A stretch of DNA of 63,960 bases, filler included, from Chiloscyllium plagiosum (taxonomy: Eukaryota): NCBI RefSeq assembly GCF_004010195.1. It is 4 parts of one record of this genome, joined end to end, with 100 filler letters (N's around TTAATTAATTAA, not from the genome) between each part and the next. Parts side by side here need not be neighbours in the genome. Positions count along the whole stretch, not along the records: positions 17,924 to 36,536 come from NC_057712.1; positions 36,637 to 54,825 come from NC_057712.1; 2 more parts are not named here. One strand, 5' to 3'. Made by a program: the position numbers and the translations under genes. This document shows, piece after piece, positions 23,088 to 36,859 of the stretch (positions are counted from its first letter, which is position 1; each line of letters opens with the position of its first letter). The notes below the pieces were generated by a model. It was not told the origin of the DNA, did no database searches, and worked only from the letters and a program-made list of their open reading frames with translations.

Positions 23088-25345
23088 ATTTTGGAGAGAA
23101 TAAGGCTAAGAGGGGATTTGATAGAGACATACAAGATCATCAGAGGATAAAATTGGGTACACTATGAGTTTCTTTCCGAGGATGATGACGTCAGCTTGTA
23201 TGAGGGGACATAGCTCCAAATTGAGGGGTGATAGATTTAAGACAGATGTCAGAGGCAGGTTCTTTACTCAGAGATTGGTAAGGGTGTGGAATGCCCTACC
23301 TGCCAATGTAGTCAACTCAGCCACACTAGGGAGATTTAAACAATCCTTGGCTAAGCACATGGATGATTATGGGATAGTGTAGGGGGATGGGCTTAGATTA
23401 ATTCACAGGTCGGCGCAACATCAAGGGCCAAAGGGCCTGATCTACGCTGTATTGTTCTATGTTCTATATTCAGTATGTAGACAGGCCGATGAGGGGAGAG
23501 GCCATCTTGGATTTGATGCTTGGCAATGAGTCAGGACAGGTGTCAGATCTCGCGGTGGGAGAACACTTTGGTGACAGTGACCACAACTGCCTCACATTTA
23601 CCATAGCCATGGAGAGGGAAAGGAGCATTTACCATGGGAAAATATTCAATTCGGGAAAAGGAAATTATGACGCGATCAGACAGGAGTTGGGAAGTACAGA
23701 TTGGGAGCAATTGTTCCACAGAAAGGGCACAGCAGACATGTGGAAACTGTTGAAGGAGCAGTTGTTGAGTGATGCACGAATTTGTTCCTCTGAGAGAGGT
23801 AAGAAGAGGTAAGATTAAGGAACCTTGGATGACGAGAACAGAGGAGCTTCTCATCAAAAGGAAGAAGGCAGCTTACGTAAGGTGGACAAAGGAAGGGTCT
23901 AGCACAGCTTTAGAGGATTACATACTTGATCGGAAGGAGCTCAAAAATGGACTGAGAAGAGCCAGGAGGGGACACGAGAAAGACTTGGCAAGAAGGATTA
24001 GGGAGAATCCAAAGGCTTGGCAAGAAGGATTAGGGAGAACCCAAAGGCATTTTACTCAAACGTGAGGAATAAGAGAATGATCAGGGAGAAGATAGGGCTG
24101 ATCACGAATAGCAGAGGGAACTTGTGTGTGGAGTCTGAGCAGATAGGGGAAATCCAACATGAGTTTTTTGATTTGGTTTTCACTAAGGAAAGGGACCTTG
24201 CTGTGAATGAGAAATTTGAGGAGCTGGGATACAGTCTTAAACAGATCAATATTGATGAAGTTGATATACTGGAAAGTTTGGCGAACATTAAGATTGACAT
24301 GCCCCCAAGGCCAGAGCAGATTTATCCTAGGTTACTCCAGGAAGCGAGAAAGGAGTCGTACTGAAGGATTGGAGGCAGGTGAATATTCTTCCTCTTTTCA
24401 AGAAGGGTAATAGGGAAATCTCTGGCAATTACAGACCAGTCAGTCTTAACGAATGTTGTCAGCAAGGTTTTGGAAAGAATTCTGAGGGATAGGATTTATG
24501 GCTATTTGGAAAAGCAGAGCGTGATTAAAGGCAGTCAGCGTGGATTTGTGAGGGGCAGGTCATGCCTCAAGTCTAATTGAGTTCTTTGAGGAGGGGATGA
24601 GACAGATTGACAAAGGTCGAGTAGTAGATGTGGTATACATGGACTTCAGCAAGGTATTTGACAAGGTTCCCCACGGTAGGTTCATTCATAAAGTCAGGAG
24701 GTATGGGATACAGGGAGATTTGGCTATCTGGATTCAGAATTGGCTGGCTGACAGAAGGCAGGGAGTGGGTGTAAATAGAAAGTATTCTGCCTGGAGGAAA
24801 GTGGAGGTGCCGTTGATAGTATCGAGGGCTATTGCAGGCTGCAGCACGACATTGACAGTATGCAGTTCTGGGCTGAGAAATGGCGGATGGAGTTCAACCT
24901 AGATAAATGCGAAGTGATGTATTTTGGAAGGTTGAACTTGAATGCTGAATATAGGATTAAAGATGGTGTGGTGGAACAGTGGGATCTTGGTGTTCAAATT
25001 CATAGATCCCTCAAAGTTGCCACCCAGTGGATAGGGTTGTTAAGTAAGCATATGGTGTTTTGGCTTTCATTAACAGAGGGATCGAGTTTAAGAGCCGCGA
25101 GATCTTGCTGCAGCTCTGCAAAACCCTGGTGAGACCACACTTGGTAAATTGTGTCCAGTCCTGATTGCCCTATTGTAGGAAAGATGTGAAGCTTTGGAGA
25201 AGCTGCAAAGGAGTTTTACCAGGATGCTGCCTGGACTGGAAGGCTTGACTTACAAAGAGAGGTTGACTGAGCTTGGACTTTTCTCTCCGGAGAGAAGGAG
25301 GAAGAGAAGTGACCTGAGTGATGTGTACAAGGCAATGAGAGGCAT
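23088..25345 (+). mobile_element. CR1 3' end (23088-23468) followed by a degraded CR1 ORF2
   Basis: EN motif EHFGDSDHN, RENPKAFYS, MDFSKVFDKVPH; 32-bp tandem duplication at about 23985-24048. Confidence 0.9.
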
Positions 25346-25358
25346 GGTTTTGGATTAG

Positions 25359-25520
25359 TGGTGCTGGAAGAGCACAGCAGTTCAGGCAGCATCCGAGGAG
25401 CAGCAAAATCGACGTTTCGGGCAAAAGCCCTTCATCAGCCCTGATGAAGGGCTTTTGCCCGAAACGTCGATTTTGCTGCTCCTCGGATGCTGCCTGAACT
25501 GCTGTGCTCTTCCAGCACCA
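25359..25520. repeat. Perfect 80-bp inverted repeat of the PLE subfamily B terminus
   Basis: Arms 25359-25438 and 25441-25520 are exact reverse complements with a 2-nt spacer; each arm begins at the hammerhead CTGATGA. Confidence 0.95.
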
Positions 25521-27084
25521 GTTTCAACTGGCAGGTGAAGCGAGGACAAGAGCGCATAGCCTCAAAATTAAGGGGAGTAGATTTAGGACTGATTTGAGAA
25601 GGAACTTCTTCATCCAGACGGTTATGAATCTGTGGAATTCCCTACCCAGTGAAGTAGTTGACAGTATCACAGTAAATGTTTTTAAAGCTAAGATAGATAT
25701 TTTGAAACATTCTCTCTACATCTATTTTATCTGTTCCCTTCATAATTGTGTATGTTTCTATAAGATCCCCTCTCATTTTTAAATTCCAATGAATATAATT
25801 CCAGTCCACTCAGTCTCTCCTCATAAGCCAACCCTCTCAAATCTGGAATCAACTTAGGGAACCTCCTCTGTACCCCTCTAGTGCAGTACATCCTTCCTCA
25901 AGTAAGGAGATCAAACCTGCACTCAGTACTCCAGGTGTGGCATCACCAGCATCTTATACAGTTGCAACATAATCTCCCTGCTTTTAAATTCAGTCCTTTA
26001 AGTATTGAAAGATGAAATTCCGTTTGCCTTCCTAATTACTTATTGTACCTGCAAACCAACCTTCTGTGATTGATGCACAAGGACACCCAGGTCCCTCTGC
26101 ATAGCAGCATGCTGCAACATTTTACCATTCAAGTAATAGTCCTTTTTACTGTTACTCCTACCAAAATGGATGACTTCATGTTTATTAACATTGTATTGCA
26201 TCTGCCAGACCTTTGCCCTCTCACTTAAAGCAGCATCACCACATGTATTCCATGTGATCTAACCTTCCAGAGCAGCCTACCATGTGGAACCTTATCAAAG
26301 GCCTTACTGAAATCCACATAAACTACATCTACCACCCTGCTCTTGTCAACTTTCCTGCTCACTTTATCAAAGAACCCTAAAAAATTTGGAGGCATGATCT
26401 ACCATACACAAAGGTGTGCTGACTACTCCTAATCAAACTTTTTTTTCCAAATGCATGTGTACCTTATCTCTCAAAATCTTCTCAAATAATTTATCTAACA
26501 TAGATGTTAAGCTTACTGGTCTGTCAGTTCCAGGTTTTTCTTTGTAGCCCTTGTTGAATAAGGGCACAACATTCACTACCCTCCAGTCTTCTGGTACCTC
26601 ATCCATGGTTAACTATGATGCAAAACTATCAGCCAGGGCCCCCGCAATTTCTTCTCTCATCTCTTGTGGTGTTTTTGAATATATCTGGTCAGGACCAGAA
26701 GATTTATGCACTTCCATACATTCTAATATGTCCAACACCTCCTCTACTGTGATATGGACTGTCCCCAAGATATCACCACTAACTTTTCCAAGTTCCCAAG
26801 TCTTTCACATTCTATGACTGAATTTTAAGAAAAGGTGTAATTAATATTCTTGAAGTTTCTAAAATAGATCATAGAGTCGTAGAGATGTATAGCACGGAAA
26901 CAGACCCTTCGGTCTAACTCATCCATGCCGACCAGATATCCCAACCCAATCTAGTCCCTCCTGCCAGTACCTGGCCCATATCCCTCCAAACCCTTCCTAT
27001 TCATAAACCCATCCAGATGCCTTTTAAATGACAAAGGATGACAAAAGGTATTGGATAGACTGTTTTTACTTAAATCTTCTAAAG

Positions 27085-28735
27085 TACCAGGCTGACTGGA
27101 GGGAGGTGAATGTTGTTCCTCTGTTAAAGAAATGGAGTAGAGAAATCCCTGGGAATTACAGACCAGTCAGTCTTACGTCTGTGGTAAGCAAGGTGCTGGA
27201 AAGGACTCTGAGAGATAGGATTTATGACTATTTGGAAAAACATAGTTCGATTAAAGATAGTCAGCATGGCTTTGTGAGAGGCAGGTCATGCCTCACAAGC
27301 CTTATTAAGTTCTTTGAGGACATGACGAGACAAGTTGCCGAAGGTCAGGCAGTGGATCTAGTGTATATGAATTTCAGTAAGGCATTTGATAAGGTTCCCC
27401 ACGGTAGGCTCATTCAGAAAGTTAGGAGGTGTGGGATACAGGGAAATCTGGCTGTCTGGATACAGAATTGGCTGGCCGAAAGAAGACAGCAAGTGGTAGT
27501 GGATGGAAAGTATTCCGCTTGGAGGTCGGTGACCAGTGGTATCCCACAGGGATCTGTTTTTGGGCCTCTGCTCTTTGTAGATTTTATAAATGACTTGGAT
27601 GAAGAAATGGAAGGGTGGGTTAGTCAGTTTGCTGATGACACATGGTGTCGGAGTTAGTGTCGAGGGTAGTTGCAGGTTACAATAAGTCATTCACAGGATT
27701 CAGAGCTGGGCTGAGAAGTGGCAGATGGAGTTCAACCTGGATAAATGCAAAGTGATTCATTTTGGAAGGTCAAATTTGAATGCAGATTACAGGGTTAAAG
27801 ACACGATTCTTGGCAGTTTGGGGGAACAGCAGGATCTTGGGTCCACGTCCATAGATCCCTCAAAGTTGCCATCCAAGTGGACAGTGTTGTTAAGAAGGCA
27901 TATGGTATTCTGGCTTTCATTAACAGGGGGATTGAGTTTAGGAGTTGCGAGGACGTACTGCACTACAGCTCTATAAAACCCGTTCGACCACACTTGGAAT
28001 ATTGTGTCCAATTCTGGTCGCCTCATTATAGGAAGGATGTAGATACTTTAGAGAGGGTACAGAGGAGATTTACCAGGATGCTGCCTGGATTGGAGTGCTT
28101 GTCTCATGAAGAGAGATTGAGTGAGCTCGGGCTTTTAACGGGGAGAGAAGAAGGAAGAGAGGTGACTTGATAGAGGTGTATAAGGTAATGACAGGCATAG
28201 TCAAGAGTGTGGTGCTGGAAAAGCACAGCAGGTCAGGCAGCATCCAAGGAGCAGGAGAATCGACATTTCATCAGGAACATCGATTATGCCTGAAACATCG
28301 TTTCTTCTGCTCCTCGGATGCTGCCTGACCTGCTATGCTTTTCCAGTATCACACTCTTGACTCTAATCTCCAGTATCTACAGTCCTTACTTTCTCCTAAT
28401 GAGGCATAGCTAGAGGAGATAGCCAGAGACTTTTCCCCAGGGCAGAAATGGCTGTCACGTGGGGTCATAATTTTAAGGTGACTGGAAGAAGGTATAGAAG
28501 AGATGTCAGAGGTAGATTCTTGATGCAGAGAGTGGTGGGTGTGTGGAATGCACTGCCAGCGGTGGTAGTAAAGTCAGAGACATTTGGGACATTTAAATGA
28601 CTGCTAGAAAAGCACATGGATGCCAATAAATTGAACGGTGTGTAGTTTAGGTTGATCTTAGATTAGGATAAATGCTCGGCACAACATCGTGGGCCGAAGG
28701 GCCTGTATTTTGCTGTACTGTTCTATGTTCTATGT
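27085..28735 (+). mobile_element. CR1 RT and 3' end, with a PLE palindrome at about 28200-28397
   Basis: [27 protein letters not shown] and a (CTATGTT) tail. Confidence 0.92.
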
Positions 28736-28837
28736 CATTACTCTCCACAGCCAAACAACTTCTCAAAACTTGCTACTTATTCCTAATTTGAATAAATTAT
28801 GTCCATTTCACTCTGATGTACAATGGGTTGGAAGTAC

Positions 28838-29079
28838 CTTGGAGGATACTCGAGCATTTTCCAACAGAACTCTGGTCCAAACTGCTGGATGCCTTGCCAC
28901 ATACTTCCAGTCTCGACAGACCTCAGCTGTTTTCAGCAATGTCTTTGTGTCCAAGTAGGTGAAAATACAAAATAATGCTGCTCGCATCTTTAGAACCTCA
29001 GGGCTGATAACTTCATTTGATCGTGAAGGGCTGCCTTTCTGTAGCTTAGTTGCTTTGTAACTAACTGGTTTGGCATTAC
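28838..29079 (-). CDS. FBXO41: FBXO41 exon encoding the F-box
   Basis: SPSRSNEVISPEVLKMRAALFCIFTYLDTKTLLKTAEVCRDWKYVARHPAVWTRVLLENARVSSK. Acceptor tttattttcag, donor gtactt; 242 nt, phase 1 in and phase 0 out. Confidence 0.95.
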
Positions 29080-29634
29080 CTGAAAATAAATACAAAAGAC
29101 ATGAAGTAGTAATTTTCAGAGCCCAAAGAACTCACATGAATAAAGTCATTAAACATAATCAAAATATTTGACTATAATTGATTAGAATGACATGGAGCAA
29201 CACCTTTTCATGTCCAAACCAGCTATGAATATTTGGATATATTGTATTTAAAAACCATTCAATCAAACTAAAAATTAATGCAATGCCTTTGTTATGATTA
29301 CCAAACAGGCTATTAATTCTTTAATTTTCAAGGCTACAGATCAGGTGCTGTTAAGTGGAATTAAAATGGGCAGTTAGTTTACTCAGCTGCACACACAGGA
29401 TGGGGGCTAAATGGCCTCTTTCTATGTTGTAAATGTTCTATGGTTTTCCTTTTACTTCCTCATTCCATCAAAGAGTTGACTTGCATATTATGAGATTTAA
29501 GAGCTCATTCAGTTTCTTTTCAAGTGTGCAATGTAGCTCCAGAATTCACTTTGAAATATCGCAGAAACATAGAAACCACCCCACAGGCCTTTCAGCACTT
29601 TACACCTGCCGTTCAATAGGATCATGCCTCAGTA

Positions 29635-32600
29635 GTCATGATCATGAGTCAGTATGGGTGGAAGTTAGGAACAGCAAGAGAACAGCCACCGCATTGGGGG
29701 TTTTCTACAGACCACCTAATAGCAGCAGAGAGATTAAAGATCTCATAGGCTGGCAGATTCTGGAAAAATGCAGATGTAGCAGGGTTGTTGTTATGGGTGA
29801 TTTCAACTTTCCCAATATCGACTGGAACCTCCTTAGTGCAGATGGTTTGGATGGAGTCGTTCTGTCAGGTGTGTTTAGGAGGGTTTCCTTACTCAGTACG
29901 TAGACAGACCGACGAGGGCAGAGGCCATTTTGGATTTGGTGCTCGGCAACGAGCCAGGACAGGTGTCAGATCTCACGGTGGGAGAGCACTTTAGTGAAAG
30001 TGATCATGACTGCCTCACATTTAGCATAGCCTTGGAGAGTGAAAGGAGCAGTTACCAAGGGAAGACATTTAATTGGGGAAAAGCAAATTAAGGCGCAGTT
30101 GTTGCGAGTGATGCACGAATTTGTTCCTCTGAGACTGGTAAGAAGGGGTAAGATTAAGGAAACTTGGATGACGAGAACAGAGGAACTTCTCATCAACAGG
30201 AAGAAGGTGGAGGAAGTAAGGACCTAGCACAGCTTTAGAGGATTACAGGCTTGCTAGAAAGGAGCTCAGAAATGGACTGAGGAGAGCAAGGAAGGGGCAT
30301 GAAAAAGGCTTGGCAGGAAGGATTAGGGAGAACCCAAAGGCATTTTACTCATACGTGAGGAATAAGAGAATGATCAGGGAGAAGGTAGGGCCGATCAGGG
30401 ATAGAGGAGGGAACTTGTGCGTGGAGTCTGAGCAGATAGGGGAAGCCTTAAATGAATATTTTGCTTCAGTTTTCACCAAGGAAAGGGACCTTGTTGTGAA
30501 TGAGAACTTNNNNNNNNNNNNNNNNNNNNNNNNNNNNNNNNNNNNNNNNNNNNNNNNNNNNNNNNNNNNNNNNNNNNNNNNNNNNNNNNNNNNNNNNNNN
30601 NNNNNNNNNNNNNNNNNNNNNNNNNNNNNNNNNNNNNNNNNNNNNNNNNNNNNNNNNNNNNNNNNNNNNNNNNNNNNNNNNNNNNNNNNNNNNNNNNNNN
30701 NNNNNNNNNNNNNNNNNNNNNNNNNNNNNNNNNNNNNNNNNNNNNNNNNNNNNNNNNNNNNNNNNNNNNNNNNNNNNNNNNNNNNNNNNNNNNNNNNNNN
30801 NNNNNNNNNNNNNNNNNNNNNNNNNNNNNNNNNNNNNNNNNNNNNNNNNNNNNNNNNNNNNNNNNNNNNNNNNNNNNNNNNNNNNNNNNNNNNNNNNNNN
30901 NNNNNNNNNNNNNNNNNNNNNNNNNNNNNNNNNNNNNNNNNNNNNNNNNNNNNNNNNNNNNNNNNNNNNNNNNNNNNNNNNNNNNNNNNNNNNNNNNNNN
31001 NNNNNNNNNNNNNNNNNNNNNNNNNNNNNNNNNNNNNNNNNNNNNNNNNNNNNNNNNNNNNNNNNNNNNNNNNNNNNNNNNNNNNNNNNNNNNNNNNNNN
31101 NNNNNNNNNNNNNNNNNNNNNNNNNNNNNNNNNNNNNNNNNNNNNNNNNNNNNNNNNNNNNNNNNNNNNNNNNNNNNNNNNNNNNNNNNNNNNNNNNNNN
31201 NNNNNNNNNNNNNNNNNNNNNNNNNNNNNNNNNNNNNNNNNNNNNNNNNNNNNNNNNNNNNNNNNNNNNNNNNNNNNNNNNNNNNNNNNNNNNNNNNNNN
31301 NNNNNNNTCATTCATAAAGTCAGGAAGTATGGGATACAGGGAGATTTGGCTATCTGGATTCAGAATTGGCTGGCTGACAGAAGGCAGGGAGTGGTTGTAG
31401 ATGGAAAGTATTCTGCCTGGAGGTCAGTGTTGAGTGGGGTCCCGCAGGGCTCTGTTCTTGGGCCTCTGCTCTTTGTACTTTTTATAAATGACTTGGATGA
31501 GGAGGTTGAAGGGTGGGTTAGTACATTTGCAGATGACACAAAGATTGGAGGTGTTGTCGATAGTATAGAGGGCTACTGCAGGCTGCAGTGCAACATAGAC
31601 AAGATGCAGAGCTGGGCTGAGAAATGGCAAATGGAGTTCAACCTGGATACACCTGGGAGACACGGTGGCACAGTGGTTAGCACTGCTGCCTCACAGCGCT
31701 AGAGGCCCGGGTTTAATTCCCGCCTCAGGCAACTGTCTGTCTGGAGTTTGCACATTTTCCCCATGTCTGCATGGGTTTCCTCTGGGTGCTCTGGTTTCCT
31801 CCCACAGTCCAAAATGTGCAGGTTAGGTGAATTGGCCATGCTAAATTGCCCGTAGTATTAGGAGTAGGGGAATGGGTCTGGGTGGGTTGTTCTTCGGAGG
31901 GCCGGTGTGGACTTGTTGGGCCGAAGGGCCTGTTTCCTCACTGTAAGTAATCTAATCTAAATGTGAGTGATGCATTTTGGAAGGTCAAACTCGAATGCTG
32001 GATATAGGATTAAAGACAGGACTCTTGGCAGTGTGGAAGAACAGAGGGATCTGGGTGTACAAGTACATAGATCCCTCAAAGTTGCCACTGAAGTAGATAG
32101 GGTTGTTAAGAAAGCATATAGTGTTTTGGCTTTCATTAACTGGGGGATCAAGTTTAAGAGATGCGAGGTTTTGCTACATCTCTACGAGTCCCTGGTGAGG
32201 CCACACTTGGAATATTGTGTCTAGTTCTGGTCGGAGAGAAAGTGAGGACTGCAGATGATGGAGATCAGAGCTGAAAATGTGTTGCTGGAAAAGCGCAGCA
32301 GGTCAGGCAGCATCCAAGGAGCAGGAGAATCGACGTTTCGGGCATAAGCCCTTCTTCAAGAGAAGGGCCCTCCTGAAGAAGGGCTTATGCCCGAAACGTC
32401 AATTCTCCTGTTCCTTGGATGTGCCTGACCTGCTGCGCTTTTCCAGCAACACATTTTCAGCTCTAGTTCTGTTCACCCTACTATAGGAAAAATACAGAGG
32501 CTTTGGAGAGGGTGCAAAGAAGGTTTACCAGGATGCTGCCTGGACTGGAGGGCTTGCCTTATGAAGAAAGGTTGAATAAGTTCGGACTTTTCTCTCTGAA

Positions 32601-32975
32601 GAGAAGGAGGAAGAGAGGAGACCTGATAGAGGTGTACAAAATAATGCATGGATTAGATAGAGTCAATAACCAGAGACTTTTCCCCAGGGCAGGACTGACT
32701 GGTACGAGAAATCATAGTTTGAAGATATTAGGAGGAAGGTATAAAGGAGACATCAGAGGTAGCTTCTTTCCGCAGAGAGTTGTGAATGCATAGACTACTG
32801 TGCCAGCTGTGGTGGTGGGAGCAGAGTCATTGGGGACATTTAAGTGACGGCTGGACATGCACATGGATAGCAGTGAGTTGAGGGGTGCGTGTGTTGTTAT
32901 TATATTTTACATTAGAATTAAACCTCGGCACAACATCGTAAGCTAAAGGGCCTGTTCTGTGCTGTACTTTTCTAT
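29635..32975 (+). mobile_element. Long CR1 ORF2 (EN+RT, gapped) interrupted by an HE1 SINE (31660-31959) and a PLE palindrome (32234-32463)
   Basis: [36 protein letters not shown] and 3' tail. CTAGTTCTG is duplicated around the PLE insert. Confidence 0.9.
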
Positions 32976-33569
32976 GACTGATACACTTTATTCCTGTTTT
33001 CTCCCCACATCCCTTGATGCTTTTAAAATATAAAAACTTATCCATCTTTTTCTTGAATATAGTCAGTAATTCATCCACTACAGCCTTCTGTAATAGAGAA
33101 TTCAACAGGTTCACTACCCTTTAAGTGAAAAGCCTTTTCTTCATCCCAGTTCCAAATGGTATATCCCTCACCACGAGACTGTCTCTCCTGATTCTAGACT
33201 CCCCAGATAGGGAAAATATCCTCCCTACATTTAGTCTGTGTAATAACATTCTTCTAGCCCTGAGGGAATTTTATACATTTGAATCAGATTCTCCATGATC
33301 CTTCTAAACTCTAGTAAGGCTCAATCGAACCAATCCCTTCTCATAGGATAGTCTTGTCATCCCCGTTATCAGCCTCATGAACCTCCACTAAACCTCCTTT
33401 CTGGCAAGGATATCCTTCTTTATCTACGGAAATGTCTGCATTCTCTCGATTGTGGTCTCACCAAGACCTTGTATAACTAGCAAGGCATCCCTACTTCACA
33501 ACTCAAAAGATTTTGCAGTGAACGCCGATAAAACATTTACCTTTCTAATTATTTGGACTCAAACTCTTA

Positions 33570-33730
33570 ACATTTGCCTGTATCTGTGCTTTTGTTTTTG
33601 CCGCTGTTTACCTATTATTTACTATCTCTACTACTTAACGATGTGATCTGCCTGCATTGCTGGCAAGACAAAAGTTTTCACTGTGCCTTGGTACACGTGA
33701 CAATAAATTAAATTCATTCAATTCAATTCA
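33570..33730 (+). mobile_element. Probable Rex1/Babar-type LINE 3' tail
   Basis: TTTTCACTGT...GTACACGTGACAATAAA(TTCAA)n; the same tail occurs at about 11410-11442. Confidence 0.45.
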
Positions 33731-34721
33731 CCTGTCAGTCCATTTTCATTGACTGGTGTACAAAGATACCCAGATCCCTTTTTACACTCACACTTTCCAA
33801 TATAGCACCAACAGAATCATACTCCAACACATCTGCAATGTAATGATCTGGCATCACATTCTAATATGACCATCAAGTCAGGGGATCAACCCTTGTTCAG
33901 AGATAAGTGGAGAAAGCATGCCAGGAGCAGCACTCGCGATAGTTAGAAAGAGATGTCAACCTCCGGAAGCTACCAAACAGGACTAGGGAGTCAGTCATAC
34001 AGTATGGAAGAGAGCCATCGAGTCTGCCCAAAAAAACTCACCTATCCAGACTGATCCCATTTTCCAGACTTGGCCCACAAGTTTGAATGTTATGAATTCA
34101 GACCTTCATTATTTTTAATCATTTTGGTTTGAAGCTATGCACTGTTCTGAGAGCTGAAAGTAACCTTTGAATTGTGAGCAGCTTATTTTTATTTTAAATG
34201 AGAGGAGAATAAACAAAATAATATTTGTTTATGAGACCAAGTCTGGAAGTTAATTGCAGGTTGATTCTTGTTCAGAGATGCTCTAGACATTTTGTTTCTG
34301 GGGGTGCATTATGTTCAAACAGATTGCAGATAGATTCATAGGTTCCTACAGCACAAAGTTGAGAGAGTGGTGCTGGAAAAGCACAGCAGATCAGGCAGCA
34401 TCTGAGGAGCAGGAAAATCAACGTTTCGGACAAAAGCCCTTCATCTACAGCACAGTGACAGGCCCTTTGGCCCAAACTGGTCCGTGCTGACCAAAATGTC
34501 CATCCAAGTTATCCCATTTCCCTGCACTTGGCCCATATCCTACTAAACTCTTCCTTATCTATGTATTTGCCCAAATGCCTTTTAAATGTTGTTAATGTAC
34601 CTGCCTCAATCACTTCTGCTGGCAGCTCATTTCATCGTTGAGTTGGTGGCATGACGGGTAAAGTGTCTGACTTCAGATCAGGGATTGTAGGTTTGAGTGC
34701 AACATGATGTTTTTGTGAGCA

Positions 34722-34895
34722 ACACGGTGGCTCAGTGGTTAGCACTGCTGCCTCACAGCACCTGGGACCCAGGTTTGATTCCAGCCTTGGGCAACTGACT
34801 GTGTGGAGTTTGCACATTCTCCCCGTGTCTGTGTGGGTTTCCTCCTACAGTCCAAAGATGTGCAGGTTAGATGAATTGGCCATGTTAAATTGCCC
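34722..34895 (+). mobile_element. Partial HE1-like SINE
   Basis: tRNA head plus V-domain, 3' truncated. Confidence 0.85.
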
Positions 34896-35744
34896 AGAGT
34901 TTGGTGGGATCTATTCCAGGATACTGAAGGAGGCAAGAGAAGAGATTGCTGGGGCCTTGACAGAGATCTTTGTTTCCTTTTTAGTCAAAGGAAAGGTCAC
35001 AGAGAACTAATGAATAGTCAATCTTATTCCTTTGTGTAAAAAGGGCAGCTGGGATAATTCAGGACATTATAGGCCATGAGGACAGGATTCACTCTCATTT
35101 GGAGAAGACTGGACTTATTGGGGATAGTCAGCATGGCCTTATGCAGGAAGAGTTTTGTCTCACAAACTTGACTGAGTTTCTTGAGGAAGTGCGAGTGAGG
35201 GGAATAGCAGGATGAAATGGCAGATGAATGCGTGGCTAAAGAATTGGTGCAGGGATTCAGAATTTCAGAGCATTCAGATCTTTCTGGGCAGAGGTGACTT
35301 GTTCAAGACGGACAGGTTGCACCTGAACTGGAGAGGGACCAATATCTTGGCAGTCTGGTTTGCTAGTCCTGCAAGGGAGGGTTCAAATTAGATTGGCAGA
35401 GGAGTGGGATCCTCAACAGGAGGGGGGCAAGTGCAACGCTGGAAGGAGATACAGTAATCAGAAACAGTAAGTTTAAGAGACAGGTCAGGCTGAAATATGA
35501 CAGGGAGCATGTAAGGCCTGTTGGCTTAAACTGCTTTTATTTCAATGCAAGAGAGCTGACACGTAAGGGTGATGAACACAAGTTGTTGGAGGGAATTCTT
35601 AAGGACAGGATTTGTATGTCTTTGGAAAGGCAAGAACTGATTAGGGATAACCAACATGATTTTGTGTGTCATGTCTCACAAACTTGATTGGGTTTTTTAA
35701 AGAAGTAACAGAAAGGATTGATGAGGGCAAAGCTGTAGACGTGA

Positions 35745-36536
35745 TTGTACCCGTCAGGCAGGGAGGAAAGGGTCGTGTGAGGGAGCCGTGGTTTAATAAG
35801 GAATTGGAATCCCTTGTTAAATGGAAGAGGGCGGCCTATGTAAAAATGAGGCGTGAAGGTTCGATTGGGGCGATTGAGAGTTATAAGGTAGCCAGGAAGG
35901 ACCTGAAGAGAGAGCTAAGAGCAGCAAGGAGGGGACATGAAAGGTCCTTAGTTGGTAGGATTAGGGAAAACCCTAAGGCTTTCTATAGGTATGTCAGGAA
36001 TAAAAGAATGACTAGGGTAGGAATAGGTCCAGTCAAGGATAGTAGTGGGAAGTTGCGTGTGGAGGCTGAAGAGATTGGGGAGACACTGAATGAATACTTT
36101 TCATCAGTATTCAATCAGGAACAGGACATTGTTGTCAATGTGAGTACTGAGTTACAATTAAGTAGAATGGATGGCTTTGAGGTATGTAGAGAAGAGGTGT
36201 TGGAAATTCTGGAAAGGGTGAAAATAGATAAGTCCCCTGGGCCTGATGGCATTTATCCTAGGAGTCTCTGGGAAGCAAGGGAGGAGATTGCAGAGCCATT
36301 GGCCTTAATTTTTATGTCCTCGTTGTCTACAGGAGTAGTGCCAGAAGATTGGAGGCAAGCAAATGTGGTTCCCTTGTTCAAGAAGGGGAGTAGGGATAAC
36401 CCTAGTAACTATAGGCCGGTGAGTCTCACTTCTGTTGTGGGCAAAGTCTTAGAGAGAATTGTAAGGGATAGGATTTATGAACATCTGGACAGGAATAATG
36501 TGATCAAGGATAGTCAACATGGTTTTGTGAAGGGCA
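35745..36536 (+). mobile_element. Young CR1 ORF2 segment (open frame up to the gap)
   Basis: REPWFNKE...KSPGPDGIYPR...[13 protein letters not shown]...SQHGFVKG without stops. Confidence 0.92.
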
Positions 36537-36636
36537 NNNNNNNNNNNNNNNNNNNNNNNNNNNNNNNNNNNNNNNNNNNNTTAATTAATTAANNNNNNNN
36601 NNNNNNNNNNNNNNNNNNNNNNNNNNNNNNNNNNNN

Positions 36637-36855
36637 ACCTCTTTCCACCTATCACATTTCTGACGCCCCTCCCCCAAGTCCCTCCTCCCTACCTTTTATC
36701 TTAGCCTGCTGGACAAACTTTCCTCATTCCTGAAGAAGGGCTTATGCCCGAAACATCGATTCTCCTGTTCCCTGGATGCTGCCTGACCTGCTGCGCTTTT
36801 CCAGCAACACATTGTCAGCTCTGATCTCCAGCATCTGCAGACCTCACTTTCTCCT
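36637..36855 (+). mobile_element. Neptune PLE 3' terminus (subfamily A)
   Basis: Matches 51470-51673; hammerhead core at about 36730. Confidence 0.85.
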
Positions 36856-36859
36856 CTCA

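Noticed and set aside
30310..31702. Long ORFs of 200-480 aa (also about 10267-10962 and 44632-46083)
   Set aside because: Their length comes from translating through N gaps.
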